64,000 nucleotides of DNA from Vampirovibrionaceae bacterium NZW_1234 (GCA_041697335.1 JBGUGD010000014.1:64001-128000); one strand, 5' to 3'; shown: positions 48,005-58,268, counted from the first letter of the stretch. Made by a program: numbers and translations. The notes: generated by a model from the letters alone, not told the origin.

Positions 48005-48883
48005 ATGCGATTAACGTCCACCCAGCCCACTGTTTTCAATAATGTGATTCAGGCCGCCCAGCGCTTTAGCGGGGCGCTCACCGGCAATCGGCCGGTCCGG
48101 CTGCAGCAGGCCGAAGAGATTCTGCCCATTGCCGAAGATACCTTCAACGATCGGCCCTACAAAATCGCCATCGGGGGCTACCTGGACCAGCCCGAAGGCT
48201 ATAACCGCAATCGGGTAGGGAACTTCTTACGCCAACTCATTCGCAAGCTCCGCCCGGAAAAAGTTGGCCTAATTACCAGCCCCACAACCCTCCCTGAGAG
48301 CATTGATGTGCTCACGACCGAAATCAGCCAAAAAATGAACGTTCCCGTCTGCTATATGACTTCTGAGCGCTATGCCAATAAAATCAACCCCGATCAGCTC
48401 CCTGAAAATGTGAGCGTGGCCAAATTCTTAGAGCAACCTAAGCATATTTTTCCCAACAATCCCGAATACGCCTGGGCAACCATCCTGGGCTCCAGCGTTC
48501 TCATCCCCACAGGAGGGCGTGCTGCCACGGTCACGGACTGGGTTAAAGCAGTCCAAACCGGCGATCATGCCATTGTTCTCCTCGATAACAAAAATATTAA
48601 AGACCCGGCCTGGGATCCTATGGCTCAAAAGCCTTTAAACGGCGTCCGCTACATCCTGGAACAAAGCCGAGCCTTCTTAAATGGGGAGCCGTTACCCCAC
48701 CCCGAGTATGAAGGGTTTACTCGAAACTTCCTTGAAACGCACCGCGAAATCATCGAGTCTCAGGTCACCAGTGTTCCCTTGAGTGATGATGCCCAGGTTG
48801 CCTTCTCGGCAGAGCGGGCCTCACAATTCATCCGCAAAAAAGTCGGTGCGACAAGACCCGAAACCATGGCCATGGCCGTATAG
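48005..48883 (+). CDS. Hypothetical protein, possible SLOG/LOG-like Rossmann fold
   Basis: ATG 48005 follows GAGAGGA; KIAIGG strand and SSVLIPTGGRAATVTD segment. Confidence 0.6.
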   Translation: MRLTSTQPTVFNNVIQAAQRFSGALTGNRPVRLQQAEEILPIAEDTFNDRPYKIAIGGYLDQPEGYNRNRVGNFLRQLIRKLRPEKVGLITSPTTLPESIDVLTTEISQKMNVPVCYMTSERYANKINPDQLPENVSVAKFLEQPKHIFPNNPEYAWATILGSSVLIPTGGRAATVTDWVKAVQTGDHAIVLLDNKNIKDPAWDPMAQKPLNGVRYILEQSRAFLNGEPLPHPEYEGFTRNFLETHREIIESQVTSVPLSDDAQVAFSAERASQFIRKKVGATRPETMAMAV

Positions 48884-48965
48884 GCAACGTGGTCTGCACC
48901 TCGGCACGGCTCTCCACTTCAAAGACGAATTTCAGTCAGGCCCCTCACTCCGGTCAGGGGCCGCC

Positions 48966-48974
48966 TGCTATGAT
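48966..48974 (+). promoter_or_regulatory. Extended -10 promoter element
   Basis: TG-C-TATGAT upstream of ORF 49031. Confidence 0.4.
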
Positions 48975-49030
48975 AGAGGGAATGGCATCTCTGGATCACC
49001 ATTAATTTCAGTTGAGAGCGAGGCTTCCAT

Positions 49031-49885
49031 ATGCATCCGTCCGATTCACCACCCCGTGATGTGGTCGATATTGTCATTACGGGCTATAAAAAAAGCCTTG
49101 GCTCTATTAAACCCTTGACGCTGGTGTCATTACCGGTCGTTCTCTTCAGTGCCATTACCATGGGCTGGCTTTACCCGGATGCCAACAGCATGAGCGACCA
49201 GGCTGCCAAGACCTTTAGCGAGGCCATGCAGCAGCTTCAACTGATGATTCCCATGATGGGGCTCTCGATTCTCAGTAGCCTTCTGACCTATTATGTCAGC
49301 ACCTTTGTGCTTCTCCAGTTCTTCCGGGATCTGTACCAGGGAGAGATTCAAGAGGATGTTTACACCTACCTGAGACCCACGCCAAAGGCGGGTGGTATTT
49401 TCGGCATCGCATTTTTCGTCTTTCTAGCGACACTCCTATCCATCGTTCTCATTGCACTCGGGCTTATCCTGCTGATTCTTCCGGGCCTCGCCCTTTTGTG
49501 CGGCTTTCTGGCTCTGTTGGCCCGAATATGCCTGGTCAACCACATTTATATCTCTGAGCCGGAAGTCGGATTCATCGACGCCTTTGGCAAAAGCTGGACG
49601 TTAACTCAAGGGTATTTCTGGCGCACGGTCGGCCTCTTGTGCCTCATGCTCCTGGCACAATTTTTCTTATCCATTCCCCTGTATATTGTCTCGGTCGTTA
49701 TGGGATTGCTGGCCGTCGTTGTTCAGATGTTCTCCGGCGCCTTTCCCATGGCCTTGCTCTATGTCCCCTTATTTGCGTTGACCTATTGGCTCAGTCTCGC
49801 CGTTACCAGCCCAGGCGCCATCTCCACCCTGCAAGGGTATTACCTGGATCTGAAGGCTCGTCAGACCCAGCGGTCCGTCACCTAA
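49031..49885 (+). CDS. Multi-pass membrane protein (DUF975/GPDPase_memb-like)
   Basis: Several TMs, LILPG, AFGKSWTLTQGYFWR, YYLDL motifs. Confidence 0.8.
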   Translation: MHPSDSPPRDVVDIVITGYKKSLGSIKPLTLVSLPVVLFSAITMGWLYPDANSMSDQAAKTFSEAMQQLQLMIPMMGLSILSSLLTYYVSTFVLLQFFRDLYQGEIQEDVYTYLRPTPKAGGIFGIAFFVFLATLLSIVLIALGLILLILPGLALLCGFLALLARICLVNHIYISEPEVGFIDAFGKSWTLTQGYFWRTVGLLCLMLLAQFFLSIPLYIVSVVMGLLAVVVQMFSGAFPMALLYVPLFALTYWLSLAVTSPGAISTLQGYYLDLKARQTQRSVT

Positions 49886-49988
49886 GCATTTAAGACATCT
49901 GTAATATTTTGTAAGAATCGCCCCTTTGCGGATGGATTTGAGATACAAGTAGATAGATTCGAAATCATCTCTCGTATAAGGATTATTT

Positions 49989-50855
49989 ATGATGCCGCTT
50001 TCCATCCAGCCCCCATCAAGGCGTATCTCAGACGTAATGCCACGCCCTGCGGCCACATCGTCGCTTCGCTCAAAGGCCCCTCATGTGACTCGCTTTGGAA
50101 ACACAACGAGTGAGGCGCCTTCTGCGCAAAGAAACTGGCCGAGCATACTGGCCCAAGTATTTCGTCCCAGCGCATGGCTGCCAGCCGGGTGGACCTTAAA
50201 GCCCTTGAAAACCGAACTGTATGGGCAGGGGTTTATCAGTATCGGGCGTTCCCTGGCAGAGCTGAATGCAGGCCGCCCACTGATTTTGGAAAAGCAGACC
50301 GGGCCACATGAGGGACATTTCACCGCCCGCATTGAAAGTGTGCTTCCCCTCAAAATGACACCGGAAGATTATCACACCAAGAAACCCCTCAGCCCTGAGC
50401 CGTTGATTCTCAATACCATGCTGTACCTCAGCACCGCAGGCAGCCCGGATATGTCCCAATGGGCCCAGCTAGTCAAACCCGGGCGAAACGTAGCCCATCT
50501 CAGCCTGGAAGATTTGGAGGGGGCCTCTGAAGCCCTACAGAAATTCTATGCCAAAGAACTCCTGCCTCAATTTCAAAAGGCTCTAAAACCGATTGGCCGA
50601 GGGGGTACGACCACCGCCGTCCAGGCTTACCGACGGATCGATCAAATCCTGGTCGCCCCACTGAGAGCCTTGCCGGACAAAAAGCGGGGGAATTCCTTTC
50701 ACGTTGGGACCATAAGCCTCAAAGGGATCCCCTTTAACGTCTACTACGCCAATACGGCCATCTACCCGACCGATCGGGAGGTCCATAAAACCTGGCACCC
50801 CTCTCCCACGGATCGCTTGATTTCACTGGACAAGGCTCGCACACTCTACCCATAG
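49989..50855 (+). CDS. Hypothetical protein with a disordered N-terminal leader
   Basis: 288-aa ORF; S/P/R-rich leader ending VTRFG. Confidence 0.65.
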   Translation: MMPLSIQPPSRRISDVMPRPAATSSLRSKAPHVTRFGNTTSEAPSAQRNWPSILAQVFRPSAWLPAGWTLKPLKTELYGQGFISIGRSLAELNAGRPLILEKQTGPHEGHFTARIESVLPLKMTPEDYHTKKPLSPEPLILNTMLYLSTAGSPDMSQWAQLVKPGRNVAHLSLEDLEGASEALQKFYAKELLPQFQKALKPIGRGGTTTAVQAYRRIDQILVAPLRALPDKKRGNSFHVGTISLKGIPFNVYYANTAIYPTDREVHKTWHPSPTDRLISLDKARTLYP

Positions 50856-50872
50856 CGGCGCCTTGGCAGAGA

Positions 50873-52624
50873 TTAGATCGTTGCCGAGACATCAGGTTCC
50901 TGTTGATGGACCTCGGAAACCATGAGGCGATTGATAACCTCCGGGTCTACGGTCATATTCACCGATTTTTCGTGAGTATAGGTGACGTGGCCGGGATAGC
51001 TGTTGGGAATTTTACGCACATAGCGAGCCTCGGTATACACCACGGGAACATTGACACTATCACGGCCCTGGCTGTAGTAGACAGCGACCATGGCGGCCTC
51101 GGCTAACGTGGAATCCGGAATTGCTCTCTTCTCGGACTTGATGAGGACATGCGAGCCGGGAATCAGATGGGTATGCAACCAGAGATCTTCGGTTCGAGAG
51201 AGCTTGCCCACAATCATGTCATTTTGAAGTCCGTTTCGCCCCACCAGAATGGTAAAGCCGTCTGACGACACCAAGGATAAGGGCATGGCGCGCTGCTGTT
51301 TCTGGCCTTTTTTCTGAGTCTCCAGAGGCTTCACCCAGCCTTGCTGAACCATGTCCTGACGGATCTCATCCAGCTCAGTCTCCTGGGTGGCATTCTGAAC
51401 GGCCACCAGAAGGGTTTCCATATAGTCCTGGGCATAAGTCAGCTGTTCTCCCGTCTCCATGGCCATCTGTTGACGAGCCTGGGCCTTTTTATAGCGCCGA
51501 TAATACAGCTGGGCGTTTTCCAAAAGAGACAGGGTCGGATCCAGCTCGATGGCGATTGATTCACCGGAGCTAAACTCTTGCAGTTCAATCCGATTCCCGG
51601 GGGTGGTCTGCTGCTGACTGTGAGCAATGGTGAGCAGATCCCCCATGGTTTTCAAGCGCTCAATCACCTCGGGGCTGGAGCGCTCCAGTTCTTGCAAGCG
51701 TTTCTGCACTTTTTTCTTCTGGGCTAAAAGCGCCTGGCTCAACTGGGTACGTTTCTGGCTCAAACGCTGTGTCAACAGGTGGTGCAGGTAGTAGGTTTGA
51801 ACCAGCTTGGTGAGTGACCCCATGGGCATCCAGTCAGGATCCTGCTGATGTGCGGGCACAAGGGAGAATCGGCTGAAATCACGGCGAATCATCGGCGACA
51901 GATGGTCGCCAGCCACCAGATCCTTAAAGGCCCGGTACGCTTGATACGGATCCGGGTAGGCCGTCAACACATCCGTCAAAACCGCCTTACCGGTACCTAC
52001 AAATTCCCGGGTCAGGCGTTCTGCCGGATCGGTTTGCTGCTGATTCGCCTGGGAAACCATGGAGACAAACTCCGACTCGACAATCGTCCGAATGGGATGA
52101 CGCGGGGGCTTTGGCGGCGGCATATAGGGATAGCCCACGCTGATCTCCCGTTCCCGACTCATGTGTTCTGACACCCCATGGGCGCAGCCGATAATCATGT
52201 TGATGTCCGAATGATACAGAATGATGTTGCTGTTCTTGCCCATCAACTCCAGGGACAAGACCAACTGCACCTCCTGGCCCAGCTCATTATAGTTGTCCAT
52301 CTCGATATTCAACACCCGCTCATCCGGCAGTGCCGAGACCCGAGTAATCCGAGCGGACGTCAGGTGTTTGCGAAGCACCATACAAAAATTGGGTGCCAGT
52401 GCGGGAACAGTAACAAAAGACGAATCCTCGACCAGGGCACAAAAGGCGTACTCCGGTCGGATATTGATGTAGAGCTTCTGACGAGAGGCCTGCCCCCCTA
52501 CCCATAAGTGCAATAACAACTCATGATGGCTGGGTTGCTGGATCTTGTTAATCTTGCCATCGGCCAGTTTTACATCCAGCTCCGCCGCATAATGCCAGAG
52601 CGTCAGGGCATCAAGGGGTTGCAT
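50873..52624 (-). CDS. rqcH: RqcH/Rqc2 (NFACT, FbpA-like) ribosome quality-control protein
   Basis: FCMVLRKHL, DERVL, ELMGKNSNI, NAQLYYRRYKK, VGRNGLQND, WLHT..PGSHV. Confidence 0.92.
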   Translation of the reverse strand: MQPLDALTLWHYAAELDVKLADGKINKIQQPSHHELLLHLWVGGQASRQKLYINIRPEYAFCALVEDSSFVTVPALAPNFCMVLRKHLTSARITRVSALPDERVLNIEMDNYNELGQEVQLVLSLELMGKNSNIILYHSDINMIIGCAHGVSEHMSREREISVGYPYMPPPKPPRHPIRTIVESEFVSMVSQANQQQTDPAERLTREFVGTGKAVLTDVLTAYPDPYQAYRAFKDLVAGDHLSPMIRRDFSRFSLVPAHQQDPDWMPMGSLTKLVQTYYLHHLLTQRLSQKRTQLSQALLAQKKKVQKRLQELERSSPEVIERLKTMGDLLTIAHSQQQTTPGNRIELQEFSSGESIAIELDPTLSLLENAQLYYRRYKKAQARQQMAMETGEQLTYAQDYMETLLVAVQNATQETELDEIRQDMVQQGWVKPLETQKKGQKQQRAMPLSLVSSDGFTILVGRNGLQNDMIVGKLSRTEDLWLHTHLIPGSHVLIKSEKRAIPDSTLAEAAMVAVYYSQGRDSVNVPVVYTEARYVRKIPNSYPGHVTYTHEKSVNMTVDPEVINRLMVSEVHQQEPDVSATI

Positions 52625-53115
52625 CAGGACACAGTCTGATAACTCTCACGGATGCGCTGAATCAGGTTGGTCGTGCTGCGCCCTTCCACCATGGGGATAA
52701 AGGCAAGCTGGGTTCCCAGGCTTTCCAAAAGCTTGGCTTCAGGAAGTGTTTCCGCAGAATAGTCGGCGCCTTTGACATGAATATCCGGGCGAATCTGCTC
52801 CAGGGTGGCCATGGGGGTGTCATCGCTAAAAACGGTGACAAAGTCGACACAGGCCAACCCGGCCAACATCTCGGCCCGCTCCGCCTCAGGCACAATGGGT
52901 CTGGAGGGACCTTTCAGGCGCTTGACCGAGTCGTCGGAGTTCAACAACACCACCAACAGATCCCCGGTTTCCCGGGCTGCCTGCAGGTAGCGCAAATGCC
53001 CCACATGAAGGACATCGAAACACCCATTCGTGGTAACAACCCGCTGATCTGCCTTGCGACATGCCTCCAATGCCTGCAACAACTCGAGAGTGGATTTGAT
53101 TTTATCCTGAGACAT
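52624..53115 (-). CDS. rfaE2: D-glycero-beta-D-manno-heptose 1-phosphate adenylyltransferase
   Basis: TNGCFDVLHVGH, NSDDSVKRLKGPSRP, VKGADY, GRSTT. Confidence 0.92.
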   Translation of the reverse strand: MSQDKIKSTLELLQALEACRKADQRVVTTNGCFDVLHVGHLRYLQAARETGDLLVVLLNSDDSVKRLKGPSRPIVPEAERAEMLAGLACVDFVTVFSDDTPMATLEQIRPDIHVKGADYSAETLPEAKLLESLGTQLAFIPMVEGRSTTNLIQRIRESYQTVS

Positions 53116-53120
53116 CGGCG

Positions 53121-54242
53121 TTATTTCTTTCCTGCCTTGGCATCAGCCGCCTGTGACGGTCCATGGGCTTCGGCTTTGCCAAAGTCATACTCGGGCTTGA
53201 TGTCAATTTTGGCCGTCTGCTTTTCTTTTTGCAGCCACTCTTCCATAGTTTGCGAACGCTTGGAGTTCTCCAGGAACGTGATCAACTGGGTCTTCACTTC
53301 ATCAAAGCTCCGGCTCCGAGGGGCTTTGCGATCAAGCACTTCAACAATATGGTACCCGAAGGGGCTGACCACCAACTTGTCGTGAATTTGTCCGGGCTTG
53401 GTGGAAAACGCCGCCTCGGAGAAGGGCTGAACCATGGTTTCCTTGGAGAAATAACCCAGGTCGCCGCCTTGTTTGGCACTGGCCGTGTCATCGGAATTTT
53501 TCTCGGCCAAACGAGGAAAGTCTGCGGGTTTCAATTTCACTTCCGCTAAAATTTGCTCGGCTTTCTTCTTCTTGTCGGCCAGAGTTGCCTCAACCTGTTT
53601 ATCAATTTCAGCCTGGGAGGCCGTGGGCTTGATCTTTTTAATATCCTGCTCCACTTGCTTGCGATCGGCCGCAATCAGGATATGCCGGGCTTTGACCTGC
53701 TCGGGCTCGTTGAACTGATTGGTATGGGTATTGTAGAACTTGCGGGCTTCGGCCTCGGACACCTTTACTTTGTCACCAGCGATAGCCGAAACCAACTTAT
53801 CCCGCAGCAACTGCAGCTTCAGTTGCTCTTTATAATCCTTGGCAGACAGCCCCATTTTGCTGAGCTGTTCGTTCACCACTTTTTCCCCGCCCAAATCTCG
53901 CACCTGGGTATTGTAGGTTTTGTCTACATCGGCATCCGTGACGACGAGCTTTCGTTTTTCGGCTTCCTGCTCAACCAGGGACTGCAAAATTAAGGCATCC
54001 ATGGTCATTTTTTTGAACATATCGGCCATGGCCTGGTATTTGGGATCTTTCATGGTTTTTTCATCCAGGCGCATCATCTTCATGGTCCGAGTGTAGGTTT
54101 CATCAAACTCGGCCCTGGTAATGGCCGCATCATTAACGGTTGCCACTTTTTCCTTGGACATCAGTCCGGAGCCGGAACAGCCAAAAAACAGGGTAATTGC
54201 CAGCATACCAGCCAGAATAGAGCGCTTGGGGGTCATCAACAT
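53121..54242 (-). CDS. PrsA/SurA-like parvulin PPIase, lipoprotein
   Basis: Lipobox-like FFGC; VKARHILI, SDD..SA.QGGDLGYF, SPFGYHI. Confidence 0.9.
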   Translation of the reverse strand: MLMTPKRSILAGMLAITLFFGCSGSGLMSKEKVATVNDAAITRAEFDETYTRTMKMMRLDEKTMKDPKYQAMADMFKKMTMDALILQSLVEQEAEKRKLVVTDADVDKTYNTQVRDLGGEKVVNEQLSKMGLSAKDYKEQLKLQLLRDKLVSAIAGDKVKVSEAEARKFYNTHTNQFNEPEQVKARHILIAADRKQVEQDIKKIKPTASQAEIDKQVEATLADKKKKAEQILAEVKLKPADFPRLAEKNSDDTASAKQGGDLGYFSKETMVQPFSEAAFSTKPGQIHDKLVVSPFGYHIVEVLDRKAPRSRSFDEVKTQLITFLENSKRSQTMEEWLQKEKQTAKIDIKPEYDFGKAEAHGPSQAADAKAGKK

Positions 54243-54452
54243 CTTGGAATCCTCTTACCAACGTCATCTCCATTGCCCCAACTATAAACATCCATACGGG
54301 GCCATGAGGTGGAGTGTGATCAAGATGTTACTCCAATTGCCTCTGTGAGCCAAGTCATTTACCTGAGTCACACGCCCCCGGCAATCCACATTGACCAGGG
54401 AATGCCGACTGGGTCCTATCTTGGGGGTGAGGACTTGCACTGGTAATTTTTG

Positions 54453-54461
54453 TGTTATAGT
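54453..54461 (+). promoter_or_regulatory. Extended -10 promoter for rplI
   Basis: TG-T-TATAGT with TTGCAC at 54435. Confidence 0.5.
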
Positions 54462-54545
54462 TTTGAATCACAACTGACTGATAGATTGAGCACCATGAGT
54501 GCCCCCCCTAACCTAAACGACCAGAAAGAAAGGATCAGTTCCACC

Positions 54546-55025
54546 ATGCAAGTCATTTTAGTCAAAGATGTGGACAGCCTTGGCGAAAGCGGCGAAGTTT
54601 GCAATGTGTCCGATGGGTATGCACGGAACTTCCTCTTTCCGCAAGGATTGGCCCTGCAAGCCACCAAAGGGTCACTGAAAGATTTGGAAACCCGCCGTGA
54701 GCGCTTACGGGTAAAAGCTGAAAAGAAACATCAGGAAGACCTGGCCCGAGCCCAGAAGGTACAAGACATTGGCACCCTGGTTTTATCCGCCCGTGCCGGT
54801 GAACAGGGCAAACTGTTCGGCGCCGTGACCACCAAAGAATTATCCCGCCTGATTACTGAAAAATCCGGGCTGGAAATCGACCGGAAAAACCTCAAGCTCA
54901 ACCACCCCATTAACCGTCTGGGTGACTACGAGCTCCAAATCCGGTTCTCGCCCAAAGTTCAAGCCACCTTGCCCGTGCAAGTGGTTGCCGATGAAGACAG
55001 CGACTACGACCTGCCTTCCGCTTAA
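54546..55025 (+). CDS. rplI: 50S ribosomal protein L9
   Basis: [30 protein letters not shown]. Confidence 0.96.
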   Translation: MQVILVKDVDSLGESGEVCNVSDGYARNFLFPQGLALQATKGSLKDLETRRERLRVKAEKKHQEDLARAQKVQDIGTLVLSARAGEQGKLFGAVTTKELSRLITEKSGLEIDRKNLKLNHPINRLGDYELQIRFSPKVQATLPVQVVADEDSDYDLPSA

Positions 55026-55047
55026 TCTCGCACATTATTAAACACGT

Positions 55048-55079
55048 AAACACCAGGCTCGAAAACAGCCTGGTGTTTT
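55048..55079. terminator. Bidirectional terminator
   Basis: AAACACCAGGCT-7nt-AGCCTGGTGTTTT between convergent genes. Confidence 0.75.
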
Positions 55080-55098
55080 GTATTCGATTTGTTTTTCT

Positions 55099-55611
55099 TT
55101 AAAGTGCCATTCCATTGTTATTCCCAAGCATTTGATTGGCCCGCTGCATCCGCTGGCGGTAATTCTGAGCCATTTGCCTGAATTGCTGGGCCTGCTCTGC
55201 ATTGCCTTCGTTTTCCCGTTGCTGTGCTAGGCGCCCCAGGTAATCCGATTGGGAATTAAAGTAATGCACAGCCAGACGAAGCCATTGCTGCTGCTGCCCA
55301 CGGTTCTGAGCATTGCTGAATCCTTGAACAATAGCCGCTTCCAATTGCTGGCTCCGGCCCCATTCCATGTTTTCGATGCGTCGGCGCTGGGCGTTATTGG
55401 GACGATTCAAGTTCCAATTACGCATCTGCTCCATCTGATTCTGAAATTGAATCAGATTTCTTAAGGTCATGTTCAGCTGCACTTGCTGTAAGCGTTGCTG
55501 AGTAATACCGTTGATGTTTCCACCATTACCGCCGCCGCCGTTCAATCGGGACTGCGCAGCATTCATACGTTGTCGAAGTTGACCTTGCACAAGATCAGTC
55601 AAAAATCCCAT
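55099..55611 (-). CDS. Gln/Asn-rich hypothetical protein
   Basis: 170-aa ORF from ATG 55611 with strong compositional bias. Confidence 0.65.
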   Translation of the reverse strand: MGFLTDLVQGQLRQRMNAAQSRLNGGGGNGGNINGITQQRLQQVQLNMTLRNLIQFQNQMEQMRNWNLNRPNNAQRRRIENMEWGRSQQLEAAIVQGFSNAQNRGQQQQWLRLAVHYFNSQSDYLGRLAQQRENEGNAEQAQQFRQMAQNYRQRMQRANQMLGNNNGMAL

Positions 55612-56015
55612 ATGTAATAACCCAACCTGATTGTCACACATATATATAAAAACAATCTTTGTGATTTTTTTGCTAGTGCTTTTTTAAATGTTGGCCCACC
55701 ACCCCTAAACCGGCTCGGGGCTGAATGTCTTGTATGGTTGCAAGGACCAGCAGAGATGGAGAATGATATCTACGGTGTCGTCCTTTTATCACCGCGAATA
55801 ACATACGCAGTTTTCTCAGAACCCATCTCATCCAAATGGCGGGGTAGAGCCAACATTCTCCTCTGGATTGAGGAGTTTGATTCACAAGGGGTTTGGGCAC
55901 AAGGCCCGCCATAACGCCCTTCTGGTAGCAGTTCCACCAAACAATGGATGAAAGAGATCGGTCATCAAGGCTACGCTGACAGTAGTGTGAAATCCCGATG
56001 AGAGAGCGTGGTGAC

Positions 56016-56576
56016 ATGGTTTACCCCCTGGGCATAGAAAACGCAAAACAACGGATTCAGGAAATTCGAGCCCGTTTTGAGGCCTTTCAGCCTCCGGCAA
56101 CAGTCTCGTCTTCCAGCGGCACGTCGTTTGATGCGCTTTTAAACCAGCACCTTGAGGATCCCATCAACAGTACGGAAACACCCGAGTCCTTGAACCGCCT
56201 GGTCAATGAGCAAGCCTCCGAGGTCGGGTTGGATCAGAATCTCATCAAAGCTGTGATCAAAGCCGAATCCGGATTTAACCCCAATGCTGTCTCTAAAGCA
56301 GGCGCTGTGGGGCTAATGCAACTCATGCCTGAAACCGGACGACAAATGGGTGTAGAACACCTGACCAATCCGGCAGAAAACATCCAAGGCGGATCCCGTT
56401 ACCTGAAATCCCTGTTGGACAAATATCAGGATGTTCCTCGGGCCTTGGCTGCTTATAACGCAGGCCCTGGTGCCGTGGATCGGTTCCAGGGGATCCCTCC
56501 CTACAAGGAAACCCAGAATTATGTCAAACGGGTGCTGAGCTATCAGCATCAGTTCGAAATGGCCGGGAAGGAGTAA
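56016..56576 (+). CDS. Lytic transglycosylase (SLT domain), flagella-associated
   Basis: IKAESGFNPNAVS, GLMQLMP, ALAAYNAG, ETQNYV. Confidence 0.92.
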   Translation: MVYPLGIENAKQRIQEIRARFEAFQPPATVSSSSGTSFDALLNQHLEDPINSTETPESLNRLVNEQASEVGLDQNLIKAVIKAESGFNPNAVSKAGAVGLMQLMPETGRQMGVEHLTNPAENIQGGSRYLKSLLDKYQDVPRALAAYNAGPGAVDRFQGIPPYKETQNYVKRVLSYQHQFEMAGKE

Positions 56577-56583
56577 CCGCCCC

Positions 56584-57357
56584 ATGATTAAAGGTATTTA
56601 CACCGCCGCCGCCGGTATGGTGACTCAAATGATCCAAGCGGACATTACCGCCGACAATCTGGCCAATATCAATACACCAGGTTTTAAAACGTCCAGCGCA
56701 CAGTTTCAGTCCTTTGGCGAAGCCCTTATCAGTCGTATGAGCAAACAGGACGGTGTGAACCCCATTGGCAAAACCAGCTACGGTTCTCAGCTTTACGGTA
56801 GCAGTATTAACTTCCAGGCCGGTGATTTGGTTCAAACCGGCAATCCGCTGGATCTGGCTATTCACGGTGATGGTTTCTTCGTCGTTAAACCCCAAGGGAG
56901 TACAGAAAACATTTATACCCGAGCCGGGAACTTTACCCAAAGCCCGGAAGGGAAAGTGATTACGCCCGAAGGCGCAGTGTTACAGCTGGACAAAGGGGAA
57001 GGACAGATGGTTGATGCTGTGATCCCCAAGGGAGCTCGACAAATTGCCATCAACAATCAGGGCGAGCTTCGGGTGGATGGCAATCTGCTGGGCAAAATCA
57101 AAGTCGCCCAGTTTGAAGACCCTCATGCGCTAAAGCGTTTGGGAGCTGCCACATTCAGTTCCGAAAAGCCCCCCCTGGCCCAAGCCACCCAGGTGACCCT
57201 GGAACAGGGCTTTATCGAGCGTTCCAACGGCAACGCCATTTCTGAACTGGTCAACTCCATGACGGGGCTCAGAGCCTACGAAACCATGCAAAAAAGCATT
57301 TCCTTTCAGAATCAAACCCTGGAAAAACTGATGAATGAAGTGGGTAAGAGTAGCTGA
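56584..57357 (+). CDS. flgF: Flagellar basal-body rod protein FlgF (FlgF/G family)
   Basis: NLANINTPGFK, TGNPLDLAIHGDGFF, YTRAGNF, ERSN. Confidence 0.8.
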   Translation: MIKGIYTAAAGMVTQMIQADITADNLANINTPGFKTSSAQFQSFGEALISRMSKQDGVNPIGKTSYGSQLYGSSINFQAGDLVQTGNPLDLAIHGDGFFVVKPQGSTENIYTRAGNFTQSPEGKVITPEGAVLQLDKGEGQMVDAVIPKGARQIAINNQGELRVDGNLLGKIKVAQFEDPHALKRLGAATFSSEKPPLAQATQVTLEQGFIERSNGNAISELVNSMTGLRAYETMQKSISFQNQTLEKLMNEVGKSS

Positions 57358-57476
57358 ACACAGAGGATATAACGAGAGTTCAAGGAACATTTCCCGATGA
57401 GAAGAGAAGTCAGAGAGAGTGAAAAAATGCCTCAACCCGAATCCCGAGGCCCAAAGCAATTGGAGGGTAACTGTAC

Positions 57477-58268
57477 ATGCTAAGAGCGCTTTATACCGCA
57501 GCCACCGGCGCTAAATGTCAACAAGTGAATATGGACGTTATCTCCAACAACGTGGCCAACGTCAACACGACCGGCTTTAAAAAAGTCCGGGCCGAGTTTC
57601 AGGATCTCTTGAGTCAAACCTTCAAGACCCCTGGAACCATTGGTGATCAAGGGACCACACTGCCCACAGGGGTCCAGGTAGGCTTAGGGGTTAAAACCAC
57701 AGCGACTCAACGAATCTTTACCCCCGGATCGATCTTTGACACAGGTAATGCCCTGGATGTAGCCATTGAAGGGGACGGCTTCTTCAAAGTTCAGCTGGAT
57801 AACGGCGAATTCGGCTACACCCGGGATGGCAGCTTCAAGCGTGATGCCAACGGGCAGTTGGTCACCTCCGACGGCTTTGTGGTCCAACCGGCAATGACTA
57901 TTCCCAACAACGCTGCCGAAATTTCAATCGATAAAAATGGGACCGTCTCCGTTCGTCAGGCCGGAAGCGAGGTTCTGACCCAGGTCGGTCAGCTGATTAT
58001 GGTGAAGTTTGCCAACCCTGCCGGCCTGATTGCCATGGGACACAACCTCCACCGTGTAACACCGGCAGCCGGGGACCCCATTGAGGGGATTGCAACCCAG
58101 GGCGACTTTGCCTCGACCATGGTGATGCAGGGGGTCTTGGAAAGCTCCAACGTTCAAATTGTCGAAGAACTCATCAACCTGATTACAGCCCAAAGAGCCT
58201 TTGAAGCCAACTCCAACGTGATGAAGGCCTCGGATGAAATGCTGCAACGGGTCAACAACATTGTATAA
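57477..58268 (+). CDS. flgG: Flagellar distal rod protein FlgG
   Basis: MLRALYTAATG, NVANVNTTGFK, FQDLL, YTRDGSF, LESSNV, AQRAFE..SDEML. Confidence 0.93.
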   Translation: MLRALYTAATGAKCQQVNMDVISNNVANVNTTGFKKVRAEFQDLLSQTFKTPGTIGDQGTTLPTGVQVGLGVKTTATQRIFTPGSIFDTGNALDVAIEGDGFFKVQLDNGEFGYTRDGSFKRDANGQLVTSDGFVVQPAMTIPNNAAEISIDKNGTVSVRQAGSEVLTQVGQLIMVKFANPAGLIAMGHNLHRVTPAAGDPIEGIATQGDFASTMVMQGVLESSNVQIVEELINLITAQRAFEANSNVMKASDEMLQRVNNIV

